From positions 172,987,741 to 173,051,740 of the forward strand of contig CM041465.1 in assembly GCA_023213395.1 (NCBI GenBank): a stretch of DNA of 64,000 nucleotides. Reading direction: 5' to 3'. Positions 51,401 through 64,000 of this stretch are shown piece after piece. Origin of the DNA: Cycas panzhihuaensis (lineage: Eukaryota > Plantae > Cycadophyta). Each line of letters starts with the position of its first letter. Positions within the stretch are counted from its first letter, which is position 1. The notes under the pieces are model-generated. The model saw nothing but the letters and a program-made list of their open reading frames with translations. It ran no database searches and was not told the DNA's origin. The position numbers and the translations under genes are program-made.

Positions 51401-54400
51401 GGACTCATTTTCCACTTCAAGTTTGAATTCTTTGAACTTGGAAAATGCTTGATTTGTGTTTGATGAAGTAAACCCAAACTTTGTGAGAAAAATCATCAAT
51501 GAAGGAGATATAATACAAAGCTCTTCCAAAGATGATGTGGACATAGGTCCACACAATCCGAATGTACTAGCCGCAGAGGATGTGATGCACGCCACGCTTT
51601 GCCTTTAGGGAAAGGCAAGCGATGCTGAGTTCCCATAATGCACGCTTCGCAAAGACATTTCGTTCCATAAATCTTAGGAAGCCCATGTACCATGTTCTTG
51701 TTGATCATCTGCCTCAAATTGTCTAAGCTCAAATGGCCTAGACGTTGATGCCAAAGTTGCATCTTGGACAAGTAAGGAGTGACAATGGAACCAGAGTAAG
51801 CAGAATCAAGCGTTATATTATTTGCATCCATCTTGTAGAGGCCTTGATCCTCATAGCCAACAGCTACTACTTGGTTTTCTTTGTCACTAATTATACATTT
51901 CCCGTTTTGGAACAATACACTCATCTGTTGTTGGTCCAACTGGCTAACAGATAGTAAATTTTTGTCCATTGAAGGTATTAAATAGGCATTGCCATCGGGA
52001 AATGTGGAGGAAGGATTTGATGAGGAAAAAGATGGAGTGATTGTGCCTACTCCAGAAATTTTGGTAGATTGATTATTTCCAAAGGTCACTGATTGACCTT
52101 TGCCTTCCTTGATGTTGGTGAGGAGCTCTTCACTTCCAGTCATGTGTTGTGAAGCTCCAGAATCAATAATCCAAGTTTCATCAACCTTGGATGTCTGATA
52201 TGCACAAAACAGTTTGTCTTCATCTGCAAACTGATTAGAGTGGCGTTGATTGCCACCTCTGAAGCCCCCCCTTCCTCTTTGCCCTCCTTGATAGGCACCT
52301 CGATTTGGTCGAGGGGGTTCTTTGTTATTCTTTGTTGAAACCGCCGATGCGGTGGCGTGGGCCGCCGTTGTTAGCATTGGCGTGGTACTTTGTTGTTGGC
52401 GTAGATCTGCTTGCTTTTTCCGACACTCAGGTGCGATGTGGCCAGGTTTGCCACGATAATGACATACAACATTGGTCCTTGAAGACCCAATGTTCATGTT
52501 CCCAAACTGCTTTGAAAGTGCAGGTTTGGGTTGTTGTTTGGCTTTTGAATTGGCCGTAAATGCACCTGATGTAGATGGTACCTCCTCATTATCTTTAGTG
52601 TAGATTTGTTCTTCTTGAAGTAGTAGACTTTCAAATTTGTTGAATGTCATAGTTTTGAGGGAACCGTCTCTTGTAGTAGATGAAATAAAGCCATTGTAGT
52701 CTTTCGGTAAGGCTTTGGTGATGGATGTGATCAATTCATCCCTCGTTCGGACTTCCAAGTGTATTAAGTTCATTACATACCTCCTTGATGGAGGAAAGAA
52801 AAGACGACATGGGCTTGATAAACTTAATAGAATACAATTTTGCTTTAACCATTAAAATGCGAGCTTGATCTCCCCTTTCATACAATGAGGACAAGGTGTC
52901 CCAAGCTTCCTTAGAAGTGTTAGCACCAAAGAATATTCGATCTACATTTACATCAACAATCATGTGAAGGAATGCCAAAGCAATTTCATCTTTGGCTTCC
53001 CAAGCAAAGAACAAGAGCAACATCAGGTTGCACAGTAACATTCCCATTGGTAACAGGTGCTGGTCGAGGTAATCTTCCAGAAACATAACTCCAAAATTCG
53101 TTCATGATTAGCAAGTTCTGAGTGAGTCTCTTCCATTCTTGATAATTATCTTGTCCTGTTAACCGAATAGTGCATGCATTTAGCATGTTTATGGCAGCCA
53201 TGTTTCAGTTTATAAACACTTGAAGCTAGCAGATAACTTGGAGACTCAAAGCTTTCGTCGCTTAAGTTCCACCTTCTAACAAAACCAACAGTCCTGATCT
53301 TACTAGAAGATCCAACAACTGAATGGAATGATGAGGGGTGGAGGACTAGGCTATAGAGTTGGTCCAACTTGATCTTATAGAGAAGATCCAAATGTTGGCC
53401 AAGTTAAATCTAGGACAAGGCAGGTAGGGTTGATCTGCATGGACGTACCATGCTTTCCACAGGATTCCATGCCCCAATAACACCCTTTTCGAACCTCCTT
53501 TCCTCAAGCAACCTTAATTGTCGTGCAATCGACTGCATCGGTTGGTCCCCTAGGGAATGCACCAAGCTTAAGGTTAATTTAGAGGCAAGGTTTGAACCTT
53601 TTTCGAGCCTCTCCAATAGATTTTAAGTCACTTTTTAGCAGATTTTTAAAGTGAACTTAGGTTTCTTTTTGCTTGGAAAATGTACTTATGAAAATGCTTT
53701 GATTTAAGCTTTACAATAAGAGTGGCTTCAAGAGGAAGCAATGTAAGTACATGAATATGAACACTTGTAGTGTTTTTACAATGAGCACTTTAATGAAAAT
53801 GTAGTGCTATGTTGATCCAAGTAAGAAACCAAATGCTTGATTACAATAAGTTTTGCAAAGTACTTTTTTTTGAAAAAAAAGCTTAAGTGCTGAAAGAAGT
53901 AATGCAAAACTTGTGATGAAGATACAAGTGGGTTCCTTTTAATGTTGAACAAATGAGGGTAAGAGAGCCACTTGCATGAAAAATGACATCAAGCACCAAG
54001 TGTTGGGACTTTAAATTAGTCCCAACGATAAAAAAAAGTGATTTTTATTAAGTATTTGAGCCCTCTTTGAGACTAAGGACAATAGGTCACCATGCAAGGT
54101 GCCTTAAAAGTGTTTTAAAATTTAGTGATGAGTATCACTTTTTGAAAAAAACACTTAAAATCACTTAATTAACACTTGTTCAAACAATAACTAAGTGTTA
54201 AAACTTTTAAGAGCCAAAACATAGGCTAAAATTTGAAAATTTTTTTTGCAATTTGAACACTAAGGCTGTTGGACAGCTGTGTTGAGGACTGTGGGGCCCA
54301 CTAAGGCTGCTGGACAGCTGGCTGAAATTTGAAAGCAAAGTCTGGACTGTGAGGACAGCTGGATGAAGAGGACAGCTGGCTGAAATTTGAAAGCAAAGTC

Positions 54401-55374
54401 TGGACTGTGAGGACAGCTGGATGAAGAGGACAGTTGGCTGAAAAACAGTGCTTTTGATGGCTGAAAAACATCGCTTTTGATGGCTGAAAAACAGCGCTTT
54501 TGATGGCTGAAAAACAGCGCTTTTGATGGCTGAAAAAACAGCACTTTTGATGGCTGAAAACAGCGCTTTTGATTGAGGAAAGTGGGGCCAACAGCTGGCT
54601 GCCAGGAACTAGAAAAAACAGCAGCCTTCTTCTCCACAGTGCCTTTTAAAAAAAAGCTCGAAAAAGTGCTTGATCCTGCAAAAAAACCTTCAAACAAACC
54701 TTGGATCGCCTTCGGTCAAGGTCGTCACCAAGGGTTTGTTGCTTTCTTCAAAGAACTCCTTGAGCAACTGCAAAAAAAGAGAAACAGAGGGAGCTAGTCT
54801 CCTCTTGCTCTGATACCAAATGTGAAAAGAGGCTAGATGGCCTCAACAGTCCTTAGATCTAGAAACTAGCATCACTCTAGTTCTAGTTGCAGAAACATAA
54901 ACAAGTATAATAAACTCAAGGTAAAGAGAAAGCAAAGAGACAAAACTTGAATGAAGGAGCAAGAGAAAATGATACCCAATATGTGGAGTTGGAATTGGTC
55001 CAACCTCCCAAGAAGAAACAGTTTGATTAGCAAACTGATAGCATAACAATACAGCTCCAACTCTTGTTTGAGACAATGAGGAGAGGTCTCATTATATAGA
55101 GTGAAAAGAGAGACCTAAGGCCTTGGATGTTTGACAAGTGTCAAACATCCAAGATACATGCCTTGCATGTTGGACATGTGTCCTTTTGGGCTCTTATGTG
55201 AGCAAAAGTGCATGAGGGTCCATTTGACCCTTTAGTGACAACGTTGTGTCACTAGAAAGAATGTGGGTGTGCACTTTATCACTTAAGTGATAAGTCACCC
55301 CTAAAGTAAAAAGTGCATATATTACATGAAAAATAAAAGTACATTAACTTAACATTTAAACATAAGGTTTAACA
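48496..55374 (-). mobile_element. Young full-length copia K
   Basis: 554-bp LTRs at 48496-49049 and 54821-55374 with about 9 differences. Perfect TSD ATAAC. Perfect PBS TGGTATCAGAGC (54807-54818). gag ATG at 53201, protease WIIDSGASQHMT, RT LYVDDLVITG. Confidence 0.97.
54312..54572. repeat. Tandem arrays in the leader of K: 58 bp x2, then ~23 bp x6
   Basis: GGACAGCTGGCTGAAATTTG... units start at 54312 and 54370. TGGCTGAAAAACAGCGCTTTTGA units run 54435-54572. Confidence 0.95.
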
Positions 55375-55553
55375 ATAACCACTCCTTTCCATAACAAATG
55401 TACCTTTTTACTTAATCACATGATTACAACCATTAATCAATGTCCTCTTTGTCCGTACATTTGTATGTGCTTTCGTCCTTATTGATGTCACTGAATCTAG
55501 GTACCTTTTGAACCTATTATGGTCATGCATTCTGTTCTAGCACATTCTATCTG

Positions 55554-55667
55554 CTAGCGTAACTAAAAGGTACATACCTTGTGTTGCATACCCAAAAGGT
55601 ACGTATTCTGTGTTGCGTACCCAAAAGATATGCATCTCGTGTTGCGTACCTAGAAAGCACGTATTTG
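55554..55667. repeat. 29-bp degenerate tandem repeat x4 in solo LTR I
   Basis: GTTGCGTACCCAAAAGGTACGTAT-like units at ~55554, 55583, 55612 and 55641. Confidence 0.8.
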
Positions 55668-58600
55668 GTCCTCTTTCCGCTGGATTCTCTTGCACACTCC
55701 ATCATATAATCCACCAACTATCCACACCTACATCTTCTAGGTCACTATAAGCCTGCATTCTTGATTTTCCATAGTCCATATGACATATATGAAAAATAAC
55801 CACAACACTTCATCCTCGCATGAAAAACTAGATTCTTAGTCAACTTAATCCCACTTTGATTGTCACAATATAACCTGGTGGGGTGATTTTGCTCAAATCA
55901 AAGCTCGTTAAGAATCCTCCTTAGCCATATAGTCTCACAAGTTGCGTTGACTGTAGCTTTGTACTCTGCTTCCGTGGAGGACAAGGTAACATTGGGTTGC
56001 CTCTTACAACTCCACGAAATATCTCCTGACCTAAGGTGAAAACAATATTCTGAAGTCGATCTGCGGCTATCCTAGCATCTTGCCAAAGCAAAGTCCGAGA
56101 ACCCTTCCAAGATGAAGTTCTCATTATGTGTATATTGAAAACTATGTTGCAATCTGCCTTTGAGATATCTCAATATACGTTTTGTTGCATTCTAATGCTT
56201 ATGATCGGATTGAGACATGTACTTGGAACAAATCCCAACTGCAAATGAAAGATATGGTCTAGTGTTGGTGAGATAGAATTGGCTACCCACTAATTGCTAA
56301 TATAGTGTGGGATCTACTAGTGTTGCTTCCTCATCCAGTGATAGCTTTATACCATTCTCCATAGGCGTAGGTGATGGTTTGTAGTCCTCCATTTTGAATC
56401 GTTGCAAAATGTACCAATATATTTGGCTTGGAAAATGAAGATATGACTTTGATGTTGCCATACCTCCATGCCTAAGAAATAATGGGGAAGTCCAACATCC
56501 GTCATCTCAAACCTTCTCTAAAGGTCATCTTGGAGAACTTGTATCATCTTAATGTCACTCCCAAGGATCACTAAGTCATCAACATATAAAACGACAAAGA
56601 CAACATGGTTCTCCCTAACTTTTATGTACAAGTTAGGATCTGATGAGGATCGATGATATCCACGTCTCAAAAAATAATCATCGATTTTAGAGTACAATGC
56701 TCGAGGGGCCTATTTCAATCCATATAAAGCCTTTTTAAGGTGACAGACCAAATGTTCTTTGCCATGTGCAACATATCTATGAAGTTGCTCCAAATATACC
56801 TCCTCTTGAAAATCATCAATGAAAAAAATACTCTTTACATCCGTTTGATAAATTGGCCACTTGCATTGAGCAATTGAGGTCAATATTAATCTCATGGTAT
56901 TCATGTTTGCCATAAGTGCGAATGTCTCTTCATAATTAATGCCTTCTTTTTACTTGAAGCCCTTGGCAACTAGTCGAGCCTTATGATGCTCAATTGATCC
57001 ACTAGATTGGAATTTGGCTTTATACATCCATTTGCAATTGATTGCCTGCTTGTTCTTAGGCAATTCGACCAAATCCCAGGTTCCATTCTTTTCAATAGAA
57101 TGGATTTGTTCATTCATGGCAGCTTTTCACTTTTCACATTTACATGGCTTCTCAAAAATGCAAGGCTCATCCACACAAAGCACTTCAGCCATAAGTGCAT
57201 AGTTAACTATTTGTTGTCTCATTTTTTATGGACGTTTTCTTTCAGTGACTTGAATTGTCCTTTACCATCTAAGTATACCATTTGGGTAGTTTTTTCGTAG
57301 ATATAACTTGAACATCAATATCCTTGGGTTGTAATGGTTGATCAACAGAAGAGCTACCAAGGTCAAGTGGAGCTGTTAATGAAAATGGAGTAGAAGTAGA
57401 CAAAGAAGTGACAAGAGCAGAAGATAAGCATGGTGTTGAAGTTTGTGAGAGAAGGAAATCCCCAACAATCTATTTGCCTTTTTCAAGAGAAGGATGGATG
57501 CATGTTCCATCTCTTCATTATCCTCAACAAAGATTACATCTCTAGATATACGCATTTTCTTAGAAGTGGGATTATCTACTCTATATGCTTTACTGTTACT
57601 AAAATAACCAATGAACATGCATTTTAGATTGTTATCGTCTAATTTCTTCCTTTGTTGTTGGGGAATATGCATATAAGCAATGCACCCAAAAGTCCTAAAA
57701 TGGCTCACAATTGACTTTTTGCCAGACCAAGCTTCCTCTGGTATCATATCAGTGACTATAGTAGTAGGGCTCCTATTGGCCACATAATTTGTTGTATGAA
57801 ATGCTTTAGCTCAATAAGAAAGAGGAAGCCCCTTAGCATGCATCATTGCTTTGGCTTTGCTTGCCAAAGTCCTGTTCATTCTTTCAACTACCCCATTCCG
57901 TTAAGGTGCATATGGAGCAATGAGTTGCCTCTTAATCCAATGATTCTTGCAAAAGTGGTTGAAGTCTTTTGAGGTAATTTCATCTCTATTGTTAGACCGC
58001 AATATTTTGATGGGCAAGTTTGCTTCATTTTCCATGGTAAGTTCAAATTGTTGGAATTTTTCCAAAGCATCAGATTTATGTTTGATGAAATAGACCCAAA
58101 TCTTGTGTGAAAAATTAACAATGAAAGTGATGTAGTACAAAGCTCCTCTAAGAGATGGTATGGACATGGGTCCACATAAATCTGTGTACCGGCTACAAGT
58201 GTTGCAATGCATGCCATGCTTTGCCTTTAGGAAAAACCTCACAATGTTGTTTCCTCATAATACATGCTTCATAAAGACATTTTGATGCAGAAATCTTTGG
58301 AAGCCCATACACCATGCTTTTACTAAATATCAATTTAATGTTATTTAGGCTCAAGTAGCCTAGCATATTGTGCCAAAGTTGTTCTTTGATCATTGATTGA
58401 GTGACAGAATATGTTGAAGTATCAAGTGTTATATTTGAGGCATCCAATTTATAAAGGCCATAGTCTTTATGACCAATGGCAACCACTTGATCATTTCTAT
58501 CACCCATTGTGCATTTCCCATTTTTGAATAATATACTCATTTGTTGTTTATCCAACTAACTAACAAATAGAAGATTTTTGTGCATTGAAGGTACCCAATA

Positions 58601-61600
58601 AACATCCCCTATGGAAATGTTGAAGCAGGGTGATCTAGAGAATGGAAGGAGGCAATTTTGCACAATCCAGATATTTGTACGATCTCATTGTTGCCAAATG
58701 TAACTGTTTGCCCTCTTCATTCTTTGACATCATAGAGCAAGTCCTCATCACCAGGCATATGATGAGATGCTCCCAAATCAATAATCCAAGTGCTATCACT
58801 TTGTGTGGTGTGATAGGTACAAAATAGTTTACCTTCATCATTGACAAATTGACTAATGTGGCATTGGTTGCCACCTCTAAATCCCCCCTTCCTCTTTGAC
58901 CTCCTCAAAATCAACCTCGATTTGGTTTTTGAAGGGGCTATTGTTGTTGTTGTTGTCGTTGTCCCTGTTGCTATTGTTGTGGCTAGTGCTACTACTGTTG
59001 TTGCATGTCAAACTGACGTTTGTAGCACTTTAGTTGAATGTCGCCTTCTTGCCACAATAATGACAAACAACATTGGCTTTTGATGTGCCAATGTTCAAGT
59101 TCCCAAACTATTTGTTGAGATTCTGTTTGGGAGTCTACTTACCCTTATACTTGGCCATGAATGCACCTGATGTAGATGATTCACCCTAATGAGAGTAGAT
59201 TTACTCCTCTCATAGTGAAGGACTTTCAAGTTCAATGAAAGTTATTGTGCCAAGTGTGTCATCTCATGTGACTGAAGAGATGAAACTACTGTACTCCCTT
59301 TGTAATGAATGCAATGTGGCAATCACAAGGTCATCCTTCGAAGTTGATTTCCCAAGAGTAGCCAGTTCATTGTTGATTTCTTTGATTGAAGACAAAAATG
59401 CCGATATAGGCTCCACATATCTCAAAATATACAACTTGGCTTTTGTCATTACAATGCGAGTATCATCTCACCCTTCATGCAATGAAATTAAAGTGTTCCA
59501 GGCTTCTCTTGAAGTAGAAGCACATGCAATACTTTGATCAACATCATAATCTACAATCATATGAAAAAATGCTAAGGTTATTTCATCCTTAGCTTTCCAA
59601 GCAGCAACTAAAATAGGATCACGATTGATGATTACATTGTTATCAGTTTGACTCCTAGTTAAAATAGATTTGTGATTCTTTCCAAATACAAATGCCCAAA
59701 ATTCATTCATGATCAACAAATTTTGTGTTTGCTTCTTCTACTATTAGAACTTATCTTGATCCATTAACTTGATATTGCATGCATTAAGGATATTGATGAT
59801 AGCTGTAATGTTAAAGTTGATTAAAAGGCTCTTGAAGCTTGCAGATAACTTGGAGACTTAAGGGGTTTGTCGCTTAAGCTCCACTTTCTAAGACACCAAC
59901 AACCCTAGTCTTACAAAGGAGATCCAACAATTTAAGAGAGTGATGATAGATGGAGGGCTAGGCAATGAGTTGGTCCAACTCTAATCTTTCAAAATAAATC
60001 CAACAGTTAGCCAAGCTAAATCTAGGACAAACAAGGTAGGGTTGATCTGCATGATCGTACCGTGCTTTCCTTGGAATTCGCAAACCCAATAACACCCTTT
60101 TCGAACCTCCTTTTCTCTAAGAATGATTTCAATTGTCGTACACTGACTGTATGGTTAGTTGGTCCCCTATGAAATGCACCAAGCTTAAGATATAAAGGCA
60201 AGGTTTGAACCTTTTTGAAGCCTCTCTGACAATATTTTAAGCAATTTTTTAACGGTTCAAGTTGATTAAAATAAATTGCTTAATGAGGGTGATGATGTTG
60301 CTTTGCAAGTGCTTGAAAATTTGATACAAACGAGCTTCAAGAGAAGCAACTTGAGTACTAAAATAAACACTTTAAGTGTTTTACAAAAGCACTTAAAAAA
60401 TCAAAAAAAGTACTAAGTGTCAAATGAGAAAGTGCTTGCTTGCATGTTGTGCTTATAGTGGTTTCCTTTTAGATTGAAGAAACAACCACAAAAGGCCAAA
60501 TTTAATCAAGTGTGCCAAGAGAACACACCACCGCAACACTATTAGGACTTTAAATAGTCCTAACCCACTCCAAAATAAGTGATTTTTTTAAATTAAAAAA
60601 GTGATTTTTGAGCCCTTTTTTGTGACTAGGTCATGAAGGTCACCATGCAAGGAGCCTTATAAACACTTGTACAATGTGAATATTTCACAAGTATAAAAAT
60701 GACTGAAAATCACTTGTTTTTGAATCACTTGAGACATTTGCAAATTTTTTTGTGTTAGTGAACTCAAAAAATTAAAAAAGTTAGTGCTTTGTCTTACAAA
60801 TGATGAAATATCATTAAATCACACTTATAAAGACAAACTTTAGGTAACTAAAGATTATTAAAAATAGACTATTCAAAGAATATTCTTAATTTTATAACCT
60901 AAAGTTCAATTGATAGAGTTAAAATATGAAATATTTCAAAAAACTCACTCAAGTAGTGGCCATGTGACTTTGAATTGCTTCAGATCGATCGATCTCTTTG
61001 TAGAAAGCTCAAATCTTCGTAAAATTATAGGAGTAGCTCTATGTTGGCTAGAGAAAGGTATGTCTCCAACTTCGTGGCATTTCATGATCTACAATAAGAG
61101 AACAAAGCATTTGATGATAAAATTGAGCACACGGTTGTATGGGGTTCATATGATAGCCATATGGAAAACGAAGGGTTTTAAACGAAATTTCTTTGTTAGA
61201 GATCAATCATCTAGGGTCTCTTGACCTGCAGATAGTGTCAAATCTAGACAACACTCTGTCTATTAGAAGAAATGAGCAAAAAAATTGATTTTTTAAAGTG
61301 AAAATCATCAAAAATTAGTGATAAATCTGCCTTATCACCGTAAAATCCACCCAAGAGTAGATACAAGCTGAGATGAGTAGATTCTAAAGACCAACTGAGA
61401 AGAATCACTAATAGAACCTACAGATTTTAGAGAAGAACTCTACAAAATAATTTTTATTTGGAGAAAATGTGAAGAAAATAGTGATTTTTATATAAATCTT
61501 CTACTACAAACACTAATTGCGTTTAGAAAATATTCCAAAAATTAAATCTATTGATTTCTAGCCTACAAATATATGAAAATAGTGAAAATCTGCAGAAAAA

Positions 61601-63920
61601 ATAAACCAAACTTAGCCTTGGATCGCCTTTAGAGAGCGAAAGTCATCACTAAGAGTTTGGTGAACTCTTCCTTAAATCTGAAAGCAGCAAAGAACTCTTC
61701 TCCAACAACCATGCTTTGATACCAAATGAAGAGAATAGCATTTAGCTCTTACACCAATTGATGATGAACACAACCCTAGAATCACTTGGAGAGGGAGTAT
61801 GTTAGCACAATAAGATGATTAGCATCTATAGCAAGACTAAGAAGATAAGCACCTAAGCAATGAATCAAGCACGAGATATAAATGAGTAGGAATTGTTTCT
61901 CGCTCCAAATAAACAAGATAGTCTTGGATTAAAATAGCAACATAACAATGCAATACTCACTCTCATATGTAATATATGAGAATTGGTTTCAACATATAGA
62001 GTTAGAGGAGAGACCTTGGGGGACTCGATGTTTGACGAGTGTCAAACATGCAAGCTATGCCATTTGCATGTGGGACAAGTGTCCATTGGGCTCTCTTGTG
62101 AGCAAAAGTGCATGAGGGGTGCATTGACCCTCAAGTCGCAACATTGTGCTATGAGAAAGAATGTGGGTGTGTACTTTATCACATAAGGTGATAAGACACC
62201 TTTATATAAAGTATATATTGTTACAATATAAAGTACATCACTTAACATTTAAACATAAGGGTTTAACACAGATCACCCCTTGGTGTACTTGAGATATGAC
62301 TCTCTCCACTTCGTGGAATGCGATGCAATGTCTTAATACATCATCCAAGCCATGTTGATAAAGCTCTCCCTAAATAAGTTGGTAAGGCTCTGCTTTCCTT
62401 ACCAACTGTTATCTCTCTGCTTTGTCTAATCCTAAGGTACCTCACCTATTGACAAGTATTCAGGTATGCCCTCATACCATTTTGGTGCAACTACATCAAT
62501 TTTGAACAAATAAGCATCAGGAAAGTCATCCTAAACTGCAATTGCTTTTTCACCATTGTTAATTCTTGATAATTAATCCAGTATGACGTGCTTTTCCTTG
62601 TTTAACCATAATTTTAAATGTAAATTCTTGGAAAAGCATTAGAAATTTATTGATTCTTCACTGTAATAATGACTAATTGATTAGGCAAATAAGAGCTTGA
62701 TGATCTATGTAAAATACACATGGGTTTGACAATAAATAATGGCAAATTTTTTATAGTGCGTAAACCATTACTAATGCTTCCCACTTTGTAATTGTATAAT
62801 TTTGCTCTACTTGTGTTAATTTCTTGCTGGCGACTGTAATTGGATGGTCAATGTTTTTCTCTCCAGGTTGGGCTAACATGCACCTAATTGTGAATTAGGA
62901 AGTATCCATGTGGATGCAAAACATTTTAGTTAGGGAACCACAAAATGGGTGTTGTTGCTAGTACTCTTTTTAGGGATTCAAATGCCATTTGTTGCTCCCC
63001 TTCCCATTCCCCTTCAATATCTTTTTTGAGCAGATCTTCTAAGGGTCCAAAGATGTGGGCATAAGCTTTTACAAATCATTGATAGTAGCTGGTTAACCTT
63101 AGAAATCCCTTCAAATGTTTTCTAGTAAGAGGAATGGAAAAGTTGAGTATGGTAAATACTTTTGCCAGGTAAGTTATTAAGCCTTCCTTATTAACTATAT
63201 GACCTAGCAAATTCTCAAATGACACCATAAAAGTACACTTTTTGGATTTAAGCACAACTTGTTCTCTCTGCATGTTTGCAACATCTCCTAAACATTTTTC
63301 AGACGATTCTTGATTACTCCATATAATGGCCAATCATCGAGAAACAGGGCTACTTTTTCTCCAATCATTTTCTAAAATATATTGAAAACTATATGCTAGA
63401 AGGTAGCATGGGCATTGGTTAACCCAAATGACATCACTTTATATTCGTAGGTTCCCCATTCAATGACAAATGTTGCTTTTTCTTGGTCCTTAGGTGGAAT
63501 TTGTACCTGATTGTACCCACTAAATCCATCTATCAAATAGTAGGTTTCACTTCCTCTAACCATATCCAAAGCATCTTTTATAAAGAGAATAGGAAATGGA
63601 TCCTTCTTTGTTACATTGTTAAGTTGATGGCAATCCACACATACTCCAATTTTTGCATTTTTCTTTAAGGCTACGACCACTGCGCTAACCCAGTAACTAT
63701 GTTCTACCTCATAGATATAACCAACTTTCAACATTTTGTTGATTTCTACATTCACTCTTTCCTTGTATTTGGGATTTGATCTATAAGGTCTCTATTTCAT
63801 TAGTTTGGCTACATTTTGATTTTTAGTGGAATGCCTTTTAACCTCTCATAAGAACAAGTAAACAAGTCTCTAAATTCTTCAAAAAGTGCCTAGGCTTGTG
63901 GAACTATTCTCTCATTCCAA

Positions 63921-64000
63921 TGTTAAAATGTAATAATGACTTACACAAAAGCTCTGATACCATGTTGAAAATTTGATTTGCATTAATAGATCATATTGAA
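63921..64000 (-). mobile_element. End of another LTR element interrupting gypsy H (continues beyond window)
   Basis: H coding sequence stops abruptly at 63920. TGTTAAAA begins at 63921, with GCTCTGATACCA-TGTTGAAA at 63951-63970. Confidence 0.65.

Larger units (their letters stand above)
42772..55807. mobile_element. Probable ~1.0-kb solo LTR I in three pieces (42772-43073, 48216-48495, 55375-55807), inserted in the RNase H of G
   Basis: TGTTG...CAACA termini; degenerate TSD CTTGG/CTTCA; no coding domains once J and K are removed. Confidence 0.75.
42026..62268 (-). mobile_element. Full-length degenerate copia G (20.2 kb including nested I, J, K)
   Basis: LTRs at 42026-42583 and 61727-62268. 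PBS 61713-61724; PPT beside 42584. Degenerate TSD CTGAC/CAGAT with the host frame rejoining. gag-pol at ~55808-59800, with the RNase H end at 42590-42771 (HARMK|TKHIEVYHH). Confidence 0.92.
39960..63920 (-). mobile_element. Non-chromovirus gypsy H (Athila/Tat-like), pol split by G: 62274-63920 (RT, RNase H) and ~41270-42020 (integrase), plus 3' extra ORF
   Basis: Peptides EFRDLFTCSYERLKGI, VCVDCHQLNNVTKKDPFP, DGFSGYNQVQI and MSFGLTNAHATF. The integrase zinc finger HQGV(V)SGHASREA..GLWWPMLF is rejoined across G, and WLGPYV follows. Confidence 0.88.

Noticed and set aside
54260-54697. Repeat-protein ORF or CRISPR-like array
   Set aside because: Head-to-tail repeats with no unique spacers, unit lengths not multiples of 3, no cas genes; this is a leader minisatellite.
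54807-54818. tRNA genes at TGGTATCAGAGC sites
   Set aside because: These are 11-12 nt primer-binding sites complementary to the tRNA-iMet 3' end; there is no cloverleaf.

Overview
This is repeat-dominated land-plant nuclear DNA with a gymnosperm/fern-like large-genome style. About 90% of the window is nested, mostly degenerate LTR retrotransposons (at least 9 Ty1/copia and 4 Ty3/gypsy insertions plus solo LTRs), along with two LINE remnants. The only host coding sequence I can support is three internal exons (26814-26673, 26582-26512, 26060-25964, minus strand) of a SHORT INTEGUMENTS 2-like RbgA/MTG1-family GTPase. Its neighbouring exons are not visible, which implies TE-filled introns of more than 25.9 kb and more than 37 kb if the gene is intact. 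Target-site duplications resolve a 4-level nest (gypsy H <- copia G <- solo LTR I <- copia J and K). No prokaryote-type novel system is present. The most unusual signals are: (i) four LTR ends carrying a relic tRNA-iMet PBS 20-42 bp inside the U5 terminus, suggesting LTR growth by PBS capture; (ii) a richly base-paired copia 3' UTR with three copies of an A-bulged hairpin; (iii) conserved leader RNA elements shared by diverged copia copies; (iv) an extra ORF 3' of gypsy pol; (v) post-insertion tandem duplications with microhomology or templated filler. Element letters (A-O) are my own labels, and identities are by-eye estimates.
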